Part shown: one piece after another, positions 1-11,353 of the stretch | Position numbering within the stretch: the stretch's first letter is position 1 | How the letters are laid out: each line of letters opens with the position of its first letter | DNA from: Wallemia ichthyophaga EXF-994 | Lineage: Eukaryota > Fungi > Basidiomycota | Direction: 5' to 3' | Assembly (NCBI RefSeq): GCF_000400465.1 | Contig: NW_008806274.1 | Coordinates: 1-26,697, forward strand | DNA: 26,697 nt | Made by a program: the position numbers and the translations under genes | Notes under the pieces: model-generated | Told to the model about the DNA's origin: nothing | What the model saw: the letters and a program-made list of their open reading frames with translations, nothing else | Databases searched by the model: none

Positions 1-109
1 ATCTCATTTATCACCTAACCTGCTTGTTCACCTAAGTTCACATATGAATCGTCATGAATTTTATTTACAATTGTCCTTGTTTGATTGGATTTGGTATTAT
101 GTATAAGCA

Positions 110-1665
110 TTACCATGGAAGCTCGACTGGCGAGGCTGTTAGAAAAAAAATCACGCTCATTTTCGTCACACTCACCTGACTGAGGGAATCTGAAGGTGTT
201 GCCAGGGTCAACCTGTCCCTTGATCTGCTGAAGTCTTCCGTAGTTGTTGCCGTAATAGAGGTATTGCCAGTTATCGAGACGTGGGTCTGCATAGTTCGGA
301 TAAGCAGCTTGAGGGGAGTCCGTAATACTCGTGACCATCCCGTCAACGAGCTCGAAAAGTTTGCTCTCCTCAACACCGCTGTATGCGAAGAACTGGAAAT
401 CGAGAAGGGCGTTGCGGTGTGGGAAGGATCTAATATCAGTCGATTGATCGTGCACAGCACCATTGTAAGGATCAACGATTATGTACCAGCTGTATCCTTG
501 ATTTTCAGCGTTGGTTGCATCGTATTTGAGATATCCAAAGAATGAGTAAACCTCGGCCATCGACAGTGGTTCGTTGACCATTAGTGACTTGCTATAAAAG
601 GATTCTGGATCAACATGAGTGGAAGATAGATCACCAGATGTCTTTGTGAAGGATGTGATAAAGTTTGAGTCCTGAGAAACATATTGTTCATCGCCATCTC
701 TCAAACCAATAGCTTCAAGTAATGGTTGAACTATTTGGAAATATTGATCCCAACTGCCATAATACTTCCCTGACAATTGGAAAGAGTCAGATCCTAGCAC
801 GACAATGCCGTAAAAGTCATTTGTAATTGAGTTCATGAAATTCTGGTATCCGTTGAACGCCTGCACTGACTCTTCGAGTGAGCGGCCGTACATCGAGTAG
901 CTGAACCCGACAGTGTTCCATGGTTCTTTTTCGGCTTGGTACGTGAATTGAGTCACAGCAACGAAAGAAGGAGCAGCGCCAGTGACTGCAAAGAAAACAT
1001 CGTCGCCTTCAGACACGACTGCCGAAGTGCCGTTTGCGAATACAACCTCAGCCTCTGTGACCTTGTCGAGGAGGAAGCCAGACTTACGCGAAAGTGGACC
1101 ATAACCTAGTAAACGTCAGTAAAGCTTGGGCATGCACACTACACGCACCTCCAAATGAGGTATGGCCACCAATACCGACTTGTGGACAGGTCCCTCCGGG
1201 CAATACCCATCCTCCTTGATCGTAGATGCCCGTGTAAAGCTCGCCCAAGTGGATACCAGGACCAGCGCGAACAAGACCGTTCTCTTCGACGGTAAGTGTC
1301 TTGAGATTGGTCATGTCGATAGTCAAATCGCCGTCTTGACCACCGATGGCGAATCCGGCATATCCATGACCACCTGATTTTGAGGTAACGGCCACGTTGT
1401 AATGGCTAGCGCATCTCACTGCGTGCTGGACGTCCTCGAGGGATTTTGGTTGCACGACGTATCTGGGGGAGAAATTTGTGCGGGAATTGTAAGTTTCTCT
1501 GGCGCTGTCGTACGCTTGATCGCCGGGAGCAAGAACAGCACCGCTGGTTGCTTGAAGGCAGTCATTGAAGTCGCTGCCTAAGGAAATATTTGGCGGTGCG
1601 GCTGCCGTAGCAGTTGAAGCAGCGGTCAGGATCGAAGCAAGAAAGAGGGAGAGGGAGAATTTCAT
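110..1665 (-). CDS. Secreted FAD-linked oxidoreductase, berberine-bridge-enzyme-like / AA7 oligosaccharide oxidase family (3 exons; introns 1148-1106 and 175-136)
   Basis: Signal peptide MKFSLSLFLASILTAASTATAAA; FAD_binding_4 motifs KSGGHGYAG and GTCPQVGIGGH(T)SFGGYG; C-terminal BBE motif YPNYADPRL...YYGNNYGRLQQIKGQVDPGNTFRFPQS. Splicing joins ORFs 1084-1665, 15-1016 and the end of 110-475 (ASPVELPW*). Confidence 0.9.
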
Positions 1666-1821
1666 TGAGTTATTGTTAATCTCGTAAAGAGCGTATAAAA
1701 GCTACGAGCTAAAAAAAATTCCCCCGTGTACGTGTTCCTGAATGCTATGTGACATCAATCAGCAAAAGGCTGTGCAATGTGCAATAATATAATGAGGTAT
1801 ACATAAGGTAATGCAATTAAT

Positions 1822-4800
1822 TTAATTTTTGCTTGAAAGTTGCGTTTGCAACACGTCTAGCAACTTGATGGAGACATCTTCATTGGTCGTGCGCAAAGTT
1901 AAGCGAGCTAGCTGTGTATAGATGTCAGATGAGGCAATTAACGCATATGAAAAACCCACCTTCGCGTTTTGGTTGGGTTCGTACCGTACCAGGCATCCTA
2001 CTTTCCCTATCACTGACATGTGCAACACAGCCGCCGCGACAAAGTTTCCGGGATTCGGATCGACGCTCGGTAAAACGCTAAATCTGTTACCGGTAAAGAT
2101 TTCATTCGTCTTCTGTCCATCGACGCTACCTGCTTTAAGGCTGATCGGGAAGATGATTTGAGCCTCCCGTGGCGCACCGCCGATCTGCTTCCACCGCTCA
2201 AAAAAGTCCGTCTGTGAGAGCCTGAGAGAATGTTTAGAAAGATGCATTTGCAGCTATGATCTACGTACTCTACGGGTTCGAGGAACTTCGAGAGGAGGAC
2301 GGGGAAGCGCAAGGCCAGAGTTTGGTGCGAGCCCGCGATATAGCTCATGCGCAAAGTTGGAGGCTCACTATATACACTCCTGCACTCAACATGCACGGAC
2401 TGCTGTACTGACTCCCCGCCGACGATCTTAGAGTTGGACATCATTTGAGGAAAGGTAATATTGAGAGCTTCTTCATCGCTCGAGTCGATGGTAGCACTGA
2501 ATGAGGTGAGCGTCGCCGAAGCAACCTTGTTGAAAATTTGTAGAAGCAGTCTGCCTAGAGGTCCATGGTATTCTGACTTTACGACGACCCTCAAGAAGTC
2601 TGAGTCATAAAGAACACCTTCGTAGTTGTACAGCAACTCCATGAAATCACTATCGATGGCGTCGTTTCTGACGACATGGATGGCTGCAGCACTTAGAGAG
2701 ACACCTGACGTCGTCTTCTCAGGGAACGGCGCGATCAGATCGTGACTTAGTGCATCAGGTTGTGGTTGGAGCTGACCAGTTTGGTGCGTTGGATTACCAT
2801 CGAGTGTCGGCGAGGCGCCGGGTCCTTTATGCAAGATACCACCTTCTGCCTTCTTGTTGAGCGACTTGGCGCGCACTATGTTACGATCCCGGTTGGCTTC
2901 CTTTCCGCCAATAACCCACGTTCTTGAGTCTTGTGTATCGTCGTGCTTGCGATCAAGGGAGGTGAGAAGGTTGCTCTCACGCTCTGGGAAAGGCGGCATC
3001 TCATCGCAGACTATCTGCAATAGCTCGTTATTGTCGTTTCGTGTTGCAAGAGCATAATATTCGGACGCTCTTTGCTGTAATTCAGTGTCTAGCACGTATC
3101 TATACTTGTCAAACACATTGACGAGTATGTCTTTGATTTCTGGGAAAAGATTAACCCATTTGATGTAAGTCGTAAGCAATAAAGCGCGCGTTGATGCAGA
3201 GCAAAAGTTGGATTTTAGGTGAATAATGTTGAATTGCTCAATCGGCGAGCACCCCGGATTGTCAGCAATGAGGTGACCGTATTCACCGAGAATGTACGCG
3301 CCAACTTTGACGAGGTTTTCAGGACACGCTGGCTGACGAAGAAATGAAAAAACTGTGTGCGCAGAGTACTGCTGAAGACTCTCCGTGTTGGTAACAATCT
3401 GGATGACTCTATACCAAACTTGATTACCGACGTGTTCACCGGCAATTTGAATGAGTCGGAGAATAGTATCAACATACCACTTGTACTAAGAGTGTATTAG
3501 TGAAAAAAAAAAGTATTCCAAGTGCAAAATTCCTCTCTCACATCAGTGGCAAACTTTTCAGTAAGGATGGCAATTTTCAATGTCATCTCCTCTCTCAATC
3601 CATAGTCAGCGTTTTGGAGGTGGGCCAACAGTTCTGAAACAATTGGCTTTGCATTGACAGTATCGCACATACTGAAGAGTAAATCAAGACCCCTTTTCCT
3701 CACACTAACGTCTTTGTCTTTTAAAGCTTGGAGAATAGTATTCTGGTGACGTTTGATTGGTTCGAGGGTGTCGGCACATGCAGCGAGGTGAGCCATTGTA
3801 TCCAATCCGAGGTATCTAACGTTTGTCTCTTTGCTGAGAATGAATTTGCCGAGGAGTACGCTCGCAGCGCTGACAATCGAAGACCCGGTGTCCAAGTGTA
3901 TAGACAAGTTAATGGCTTCAAAGAGTACAGAATTTTGAGCGTTTGCATGTTGAACGTTCTTTGGTATATCTTGAGAGTTGGTGAGGATAGCGTTGAGGAC
4001 GTTGTTAATTGCTAAGCGGATTGCTGCGTCCTCTGAAGGTGGGTAATATTGCAGCAGACGGAGAAGCTTGACTTGGAGCCAAGGAGAGGGCACTTTGTAG
4101 TAAACATAATCACTAGAGTACTTTCTCTCAATGATGAGCTTTGTAAGCCTATCAACAGCCTTTGGGTAGCAAATGGCGAAAGCGTCTGGATCATTCTGAG
4201 CGAGGGTCATAATTAGCGAAGTGACAGTCAAACTAACGCCGAGGTTATCATCATCCATGACGCTAACGATACGCAGAGCCCATTCTCTAATGGGGACGAT
4301 ATCGGGATACTTCCTGTATAATCTGAGTAGAGTGAGAGCAGCCTTCTTCTTAACGAAGCTGTTTGAAGTGGGAGAAATGAGAGAGCGATGAACATCCTCT
4401 GCCAAAGCCTCAGCCATTTCCATACCACCAATATTAGCAATAGCGTGTAAAGCGAGACAATTGTTAACTTCGTTTAGATCATCGAGGTCTTTGCGGATAG
4501 AGTTGATAACGAGACGAGTGAGTTCGCTATTCTCGTGTAGCAATAGCGTTAATGCAAGATAACCCATCTGTTTTTCAGAGTAACGCGTGCTAGAGATAAG
4601 ATTAGCAGCTTCCATATGACCGATATCAACTTTGTAACCGAGAATATAAGTGAATAGAATTTTAGCCACGTATTTACGTTTTTGATAACCAGTCATATTT
4701 CCCTCTAAATTGTGGGATTAGAATGGACTATCAAATAACAACGCACGTACCCTTGAATCGCTGCCTAATATGGGCTAATTCCCTATTTATACGCTTTTCT

Positions 4801-4859
4801 TCTAACTCCCTGACCCTACAAGATCTTAGATCTGCAATATACTGCGTCAATCCACGCAT
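1822..4859 (-). CDS. APL3: AP-2 adaptor complex alpha subunit (alpha-adaptin); introns at 4750-4705, 3541-3486, about 2268-2222 and 1959-1912
   Basis: N-terminus MRGLTQYIADLRSCRVRELEEKRINRELAHIRQRFK and GYQKRKYVAKILFTYILGY; trunk motifs WLQVKLLRLLQ, ETNVRYLGLDTM, KFATD/YKWYVDTIL; appendage DPNPGNFVAAAVL..GCLVRYEPN..RLTLRTT. Confidence 0.95.
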
Positions 4860-5046
4860 CTTATACGTGTGAGTACAAAGGCGTGAGTAAGAGCCCCACC
4901 CACATTGGTCTGTTGGTTGATTACAGCGCCATCTCTATTACTATCCCTGTTATTCAAAGCGTTCGTTGCCCGCTTTATTGTACCAGAGTTCTTGAATTTC
5001 TCCATCTAAATCCACTCTTGGTCGTTGACTGCGAGAGTTGGTGGAG

Positions 5047-6183
5047 ATGGAAGATGATGACATACACCGGAAGAAAGTATTATTAGCGGGATTAAGGAGG
5101 TTAGTAGGCAACACGCTGTTAAATTTAATTAAGAATAAATTTCAGATCTGGAAAGACTTCAATCCAGCGTGTCGTTTTCACTGGAATGGCCGCAAAGGAT
5201 ACGCTATACTTGGAGAATAATATTAGATCAGCTATTCATAACGTGGAGTGCGTTTCCTCGTACCTAGTCATTCATCTCCCTCACATCCCCAAAGCTCCTT
5301 CGTTGGTCTCCAGCTTTGGGATATTCCTGGACACGCTAATCTAGATCTACTCGGCATTGATCTCTCTCAGCTATCCACTTTAGTCTTCGTTGTTGACGCT
5401 CAAGACGATTACACAAGATCTTTGACTCAGCTACACCAAATCATTCTCAGAGCATACAAGGCAAATAAACAAGTTAATATTGAAATATTCGTACACAAGG
5501 TTGATGGCTTATCTGATGAGTATAAGTTGGATACTATTAGAGATATTAAATCAAGGGTATCCGATGGTCTATCTGATTACGGTTTGGACAGTCTACTACG
5601 TCCACAGCTTAGCTATCATTTGACTAGCATATACGATCATTCAATTCTAGATGCTTTCAGTAAAGTCGTTCAAAAGTTAGCTAAACAATTGCCCGTCATT
5701 CAGAACCTGTTGAATGTCTTCTGTGCTAATTCCGGAATAGCCAAGGCATTTCTATTTGAGCAGAATAGCAGACTGTATTTTGCAACAGATGCAACAGTAG
5801 CTGACGCTTCAACTTTTGAAGTATGTGTCGATGCCCTGGACACTTTCGACAAATTTTCAAAGTTGTATAAATATCATCCGTCTATTGAGCAGGATCAGGA
5901 TCAGGATCAAAGCGAGCAAAATCAGGATCAACATCTTAACCCTATCAAAAACTTAAAACAACCCGCTACAGCTAGTATACGACTGGCTAGCGATATAACC
6001 ATTTCCAAATGGCAAATACACGAAAATCTAATTCTCATTGCTCTCATAAAAAGTGATACCTTTGATAGGTTCAAGCAGTCAATAGATTACAATGTCTCTT
6101 TTGTTCGGGATGCGATTGTTGATATTGTTGAGATGGAGAAGCGGTCGAGAAGTTCACGTAGTGCATCAATTGCAACCAATTGA
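5047..6183 (+). CDS. GTR2: Rag-family GTPase Gtr2/RagC-D (introns 5100-5145, 5248-5294)
   Basis: Spliced P-loop VLLAGLRRSGKTSIQRVVF, then LQLWDIPG, LVFVVDAQDDY, IEIFVHKVDGLSDEYK, LTSIYDHSILDAFSKVVQKL and a roadblock-type C-terminal domain. Confidence 0.92.
5890..5931 (+). repeat. Coding hexamer repeat (CAGGAT)n, QD dipeptide in Gtr2
   Basis: CAGGATCAGGATCAGGATCAA...AATCAGGATCAA, translating as QDQDQDQSEQNQDQ. Confidence 0.8.
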
Positions 6184-6251
6184 GCGATTAAATTTAACAT
6201 GAAGATTCACAATTTGTAATATTAAACATTTATAATGCATCATTAGTCTAT

Positions 6252-7093
6252 CTATTTGACAAGATTCGGTGTTGAAATGTCGTGTACGTCTACGCCATCC
6301 TGCACACCAACCGGTACTAATTGTCCACGTCTGTCATGTTTTGCCTTGAAGAAAACGTAATTGAGGACTATATCATCGACGCCTCGCATCGAAGGATCAT
6401 CTAAAAAGTCCCTATCGACAAAGAATAAGATGGGTAAATCGACAGTTTCTCCAGCGAGGAGGCGTTGTTCTTCAAAGCAAAAGCATTCAACTTTTGCAAA
6501 GTATGGAGCTATCTGAAGAAGAATGAGAGTTAGATTGATACCATGTCCAAGCACTACTATCCACCCACTTTCCCCGGTGTAACGTTATACGTGGCAATAC
6601 CAATAATATCTTGATCAGATTTATTCGTAGCTGTGTAGAACGCTAATGCACTCTCGCCTGGAAGCACCTTAATTTCCTTCTGTTGTGGTGTGAACTTCCA
6701 TGGCAACATATCGCTAGCTTCAGCAGCGAATCTGACAGTAATGCGTTTATTAGTGACGCTTTCTTCTGTTGGTATTAAACGATCCGCTGTATATTTGCTA
6801 GGGTCTGTCATTGGGGTGCCTGCGAATCCGGTAGCAGAACAGAATGCACGATACATGGGCACAGCTGCGTAGCTAGCACCTAATACGACGAGTATCTGGG
6901 ATTTGTGAGTCGTGAGATCGTTTCCTTATGCAATTCGTACCGTAGCTGCTGAGTAGTACATCAATGATCTGTTTCTCTGCTTATACACCTCCCGCTGCTT
7001 TTCTTGTATACTGTAAAATCTATACTGCCTTAAGCTACTCTGAGGTAATGCAAATCCCTTAAAAACATTCCTCCGCAAACAATTCGTCAACAT
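6252..7093 (-). CDS. COX11: Cytochrome c oxidase copper chaperone Cox11 (introns 6940-6896, 6568-6513)
   Basis: Basic presequence MLTNCLRRNVFKG; YAAVPMYRAFCSATGFAGTP; LPWKFTPQQKEIKVLPGESALAFY; CFCFEEQRL copper motif; DLPILFFVD. Confidence 0.95.
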
Positions 7094-7260
7094 GATACGA
7101 TTGATGATTGTGGCAATTCGATGGTAATTCGATAACAAAAGTACATCAGCCAAATTAGTACAAGTAAGTGCATGAAAATGATTAAGTAGTTAGTCCATCT
7201 TATTAGTGTGTGTATATTCCTTTAAATAGAGTCATAGTCAGCGTAAAATATATTAATCGT

Positions 7261-8889
7261 CTATTTGAGGTCATCTGGGTGGTACCTCTTTGTAACAGCA
7301 TCAACAGCCGCTCTAGCTTCAACAGTACCGCTTCTAGTTCTTTGGTGTTTTGATTGGGTCTCGTGATTAGGTGTGATGAGAGCGTTACGCAGTCCAGTAC
7401 CATTAACATTCCCACTTCCAATCCCATTAAGCTTCTCACTATCATCACCCTCTTCATTTTCCTCCTCCGCAGCCAAAACTTCTGCCACAGTATCCTCTTC
7501 TGGGACATCAACGAGTTTATGAAGTTGTGGCGTAGGCGGTTGAGTGATAAGCTGTGGCGGTGCAGGGCCTAAATAATGGCTATTATTGATAGTCGATATA
7601 GGTGATGCTGTGATATCTCCAACTGGTAAACCTCTCTTATGAGCTAAGAGAGTTTGTAATGCGGACAACCATCTAATTTCTTCCTCCTCTGATTGAGCTG
7701 AGAGAATAAAAGTTCGCTTAACAGTAATCACTTTGAACTTATGCTCATGCTGTTCAGCACCTTCCGGTGATGTTGGCTGCTTCTCCGCCTCTAGAGTATC
7801 GAGAATTTTGGAGAGGGGGATATGTCGCTGCGGTTTATCCATATGCGAACGAGCGTAGGAAAGTTTATCAGAAGTGAGCATCCAGTAGCGCTTCCTCCAC
7901 GCTTTGCGTTTAGACAACTTCATTAGGTAGCCAGTGAGGATGACTTTGTTGGGATCTGTTGGGGGTAGACCACCATCGTCATCGTCGTCGTCAGTACTGT
8001 CACGGTCGTTGGGAGATTCACCGCCATCTGTTGTAAGACTGAAGCCACCCGTTTCGATACGAGCAGGAGAGGCTTGAGTAGAAGAGAGAGAGGTGCGTCT
8101 GTGTGCAGGAGTGGGGATGTTAACTGGGGAGAGCTGGGAAGATGATTCGTTGTTGATAGCTAGACTTGTATGAAGACTATTTGACTCGCGCATAAATTTA
8201 CGCGCCATATTGACAGCATCAATCCAGCTTTCCATGTCGGGACGTGAGTGACACTTGAGGTAAAATATTCTGTCTGGAGTGACTAAACCAAAGACGTTAT
8301 TATGCTTCTTACCGACGTCAACTTCTACGCAAGTATGCATCGCACTAACGTCAATAAGCCGGAGTAAGCGGTATTCCTGGGATAATTTGTGAGCGAAAGA
8401 CAAGTAACAAACAAACCGACAAACCTTATCAGACTTATAAATAGCAAGCTTCGTTGGTCTTAAAACGAACCACCTCTTTTTCCATCGCTTGCGGTGTCCG
8501 CCACCCTTTTTATCGAGGTAACCATTTCTGAGAACATTTTCTTCATTAATGGGAGCATCATGGGCGGAATTGATTGTCGTGCCATTAATCGCCGAGCCAC
8601 TCATCGCGGCGACTTCCTCCTCCTCAGAAAGAGGCTCGTGGTCTTCGTCGTCGGCGCTGAGATACGGGTGCTTTGAGAAAGTGGGACTAGGAGGACTGTC
8701 TGAAACAGGCTCAGGAATATTCTGTGACAATCTCCTTTGGCTTTTTTTAAATGAATCGTTAAGATTATCGTCCGATTTTGGCGGTGCTGAGGTCATTGAC
8801 AGCTTGCGATGAACCTCTTGAGGCGTTGGCGGTGCAGGCGGTGGCTGCATCTGCGTTTGTGTTTGCGTTTGTGTCTGCGCTTGTGACAT
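7261..8889 (-). CDS. Tandem PH-domain protein (phosphoinositide-binding adaptor, Opy1-like architecture); probable 48-nt intron 8424-8377
   Basis: Two PH domains: LRNGYLDKKGG..WKKRWFVLRPTKLAIYK..WIDAVN and LTGYLMKLSKRKAWRKRYWMLT..WLSALQ. Likely start MSQAQTQ at 8889; the longer ORF start at 8982 runs through AT-rich intergenic DNA. Confidence 0.85.
   Translation of the reverse strand: MSQAQTQTQTQTQMQPPPAPPTPQEVHRKLSMTSAPPKSDDNLNDSFKKSQRRLSQNIPEPVSDSPPSPTFSKHPYLSADDEDHEPLSEEEEVAAMSGSAINGTTINSAHDAPINEENVLRNGYLDKKGGGHRKRWKKRWFVLRPTKLAIYKSDKVCRFVCYLSFAHKLSQEYRLLRLIDVSAMHTCVEVDVGKKHNNVFGLVTPDRIFYLKCHSRPDMESWIDAVNMARKFMRESNSLHTSLAINNESSSQLSPVNIPTPAHRRTSLSSTQASPARIETGGFSLTTDGGESPNDRDSTDDDDDDGGLPPTDPNKVILTGYLMKLSKRKAWRKRYWMLTSDKLSYARSHMDKPQRHIPLSKILDTLEAEKQPTSPEGAEQHEHKFKVITVKRTFILSAQSEEEEIRWLSALQTLLAHKRGLPVGDITASPISTINNSHYLGPAPPQLITQPPTPQLHKLVDVPEEDTVAEVLAAEEENEEGDDSEKLNGIGSGNVNGTGLRNALITPNHETQSKHQRTRSGTVEARAAVDAVTKRYHPDDLK
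8851..8883 (-). repeat. Coding hexamer repeat, QT dipeptide in the PH protein
   Basis: QAQTQTQTQTQ at the N-terminus. Confidence 0.75.
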
Positions 8890-9025
8890 GGCAGTATCAG
8901 CAAAGATGTGGTTGAAGCTGTGAATGCTGTGATGGCGTCGTTGTCGTCGATGAAAAAGGAAAAAGGCAATATAAAAATACAAATTGTAATTTTAAAATTA
9001 ATTTCATTTATTTCATCTGGATATA

Positions 9026-9655
9026 TTAAGATATGCGATCTGTAAGCCAGTCCAATCCCTCTGAGAGTCCATCTCCTGTGAGTGCAGAACACGGGAATAT
9101 CGACCATTGCCTATCTTTAAGCGCGGTGAGTTGAAGTTCTGCGGATATTTGAGCAGGAGATGCTGCATGTTCCTTTGAGTAGATTATTATCTGGATTTCA
9201 CAATTTAATACTTACACACCTTTCTATCTTGCTTATTCGCCCAGACTAACAACAATGCATCATCAAGTTGCTCATCTTGACACGCCCGGTGAAGCTCCTC
9301 CTTCACAACTGCTAGCCTATCAATCTCACAGCTGTCGACTACGAGTATGATAGCTTTTGCCTGATTATAATACGCGGACCACGTCGATCTAAGCTGCTGC
9401 TGACCGCCGATATCCCACAAAGCGAATTTTAGATTCTTGTATTCTAATTGCTCGAGATTTGAACCAACTGTTGGTGCAGTTGCAATTACTTCTCCCTATA
9501 TATACTTTAGTGGTGTCACAATTCCTTATAGATCAACTCACCTGCGTCACTCTATAAAGAATTGTAGTTTTCCCTGCGTTATCGAGTCCTATGACAACCA
9601 ATTTATATTCCTTTTTGGAGAATAAACTAAATATCGACGAGAATGCGAGACCCAT
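9026..9655 (-). CDS. ARF-family small GTPase, most similar in motifs to Arl5 (2 introns)
   Basis: Reconstructed: [38 protein letters not shown] / [43 protein letters not shown]...WANKQD / ..[27 protein letters not shown]. Gly2 myristoylation site present. Confidence 0.85.
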
Positions 9656-9725
9656 GCTTTGTTTTTATGAGTGTGGTAGACCGAGAAGAATATATATTAT
9701 AAATTGTAATTACAAATCACGATTG

Positions 9726-11353
9726 CTATCCCATCATCGCCTCTCCCATCTTCACTTTATCACCTGGATTCCCAAAGAATTTAAACTCCTCAGGCGCTTC
9801 AAACACCATTACAACCGTAGATCCTAAACAGAATCCGCCCATTTCCTCACCACGTTGAAGTGGCTGTCCTTTGAGTACCCTCGATGCTCTAGCATAATCT
9901 GCTTCCTTATATGCACCTGTACGTGGTGGCCTTCTACCAACATTTGTCCTCAAATCTTTATCAAAGTTGAGTATAATTGATCCAACGTTTGTCGCCCCAA
10001 CTGGAGTCATGCTAAAGAATCCATGTGTCCATCTTCCTAGCAACGCAACCCTTTCATTCAAAACAAACAAGTTGGGTAATCGCTTAGCCATCCACGGTGA
10101 GACACTAAACAAATCTCCTGCAAAATGTCTTCGTTTTTCTGCCACCCATGCAGCTGGACTGTGAAATCTATGGTAATCACCAGGTGCGAGATAAATGACG
10201 CTGAAAAATAGTTTATTACCTGGTTTTATTGTGGGTTTTGAAAGAGTGTTGCTTGTATCACTATCACTATTACTATCACTATCACTATCAATAGCTCTAT
10301 CTATCACTTGTCGACCAAGTTCTTGTGCAACTTTTGCATCATGGGATATAGCAGCAGCACTTAGATCATGTTCAATAGCGGCATCTCTAGTGGAACCTTC
10401 CTTCTGCTGCTTTCCCAGCAACTCATCCAAACTATACTCTATACCGTTAACATTAGCAAAATCTGTATGTTTGACGTGTTCGTGGGGATCATTTGGGCTT
10501 CCTTCATTGAGATAAAGTGATAATGAATCAGATGCTCTATCAGTCAATCCTAATAAAGCATCCAAACTATAAGTAACTCCTTTCACCTGCTCAACTTGTG
10601 CATTTTCAATTGTACCAAAGTGTAAAAGTGTACCATCAGCTGGTGAAACTAATGGTGATTCGGCTATTGGTCTCGCGCCAGATTTGAGTTTACGATAGAA
10701 AAACACACCAAGACTGGGATATAAGGTGAGATCTTCTGGAGTTATTTCATCGAGGTTGCAATTGAATAGCCAAGAGTATATTTTGAAACCAGTTGGACGT
10801 GCCCATATTGGAATTTCGAAAGAGTTAACGTATCCCCAAAGTCTGGAGAGTTGTCGGAGTGGTAGTGCACCGATAACATGCACCTATTTTGAGCAAATGA
10901 GTGAGGTTACTCCGAATAATCAAACCACACTCACTTGCCATGGCCCTTGCAATTTCATAGCTTGTCCGTCAAACACAACTTGAGGCTCGTTGTTGGTAGA
11001 CCAATTGCGATTACGCATGCTAAGAAAAGCGAGAAGTGCGGCACCAATACCAATAGGGAGAGGATACCACTTTGTGGGAGTGTCCTTCCAAGCCATTTTG
11101 AGACGATCTATGAATGGGAGTTAGATGTGATGCTTAGACGCAAACAAAACAGTCTAAACTAACATCTCAATGGTTGTTTTTGCTTCAAATGTTCGTACTT
11201 CTGATCAGCATTCTTGTAACCGGTCCATCTCTTCGCAGAGAATCTGAAAGATCTACCACGTTGTGGAGAAGGAGTGGAATGAGGATGTATCCAATTGAGC
11301 GTCTGACCAGCCTTTCGGCGTAGCCTAGCAGGCATGCGATAGCCTAGGGGCAT
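9726..11353 (-). CDS. PSD1: Mitochondrial phosphatidylserine decarboxylase proenzyme Psd1 (start codon uncertain; introns at 11163-11108 and near 10930-10885)
   Basis: WKDTPTKWYPLPIGIGA transmembrane segment, ALPLRQLSRLWG, LVSPADG, VIYLAPGDYHRFHSP, LNERVALLG, PVGATNVGSI, and the autocleavage motif LGST (GGFCLGSTVVMVF). Confidence 0.93.
10256..10290 (-). repeat. Coding hexamer repeat (TATCAC)n, DS dipeptide in Psd1
   Basis: tatcac tatcac tattac tatcac tatcac tatca, translating as DSDSDSNSDSD. Confidence 0.8.

Noticed and set aside
1082-1087. Perfect GTAAGT donor-like motif in the FAD oxidase (minus strand)
   Set aside because: The frame reads through as conserved-looking coding sequence (GPLSRKSGFLLDKV), and no matching branch/acceptor is needed.
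3215-3475. Apparent break or frameshift in alpha-adaptin between ORFs 3497-4696 and 2010-3179
   Set aside because: After the 3541-3486 intron the frame is continuous (YKWYVDTIL...QPACPENLVKVGAYILGEYGH). The ORF caller simply lacked a start codon there.
8890-8982. N-terminal extension of the PH ORF (MYFYIAFFLFHRRQRRHH)
   Set aside because: It relies on a non-ATG start in AT-rich intergenic/3'-UTR DNA; ATG 8889 is the more plausible start.
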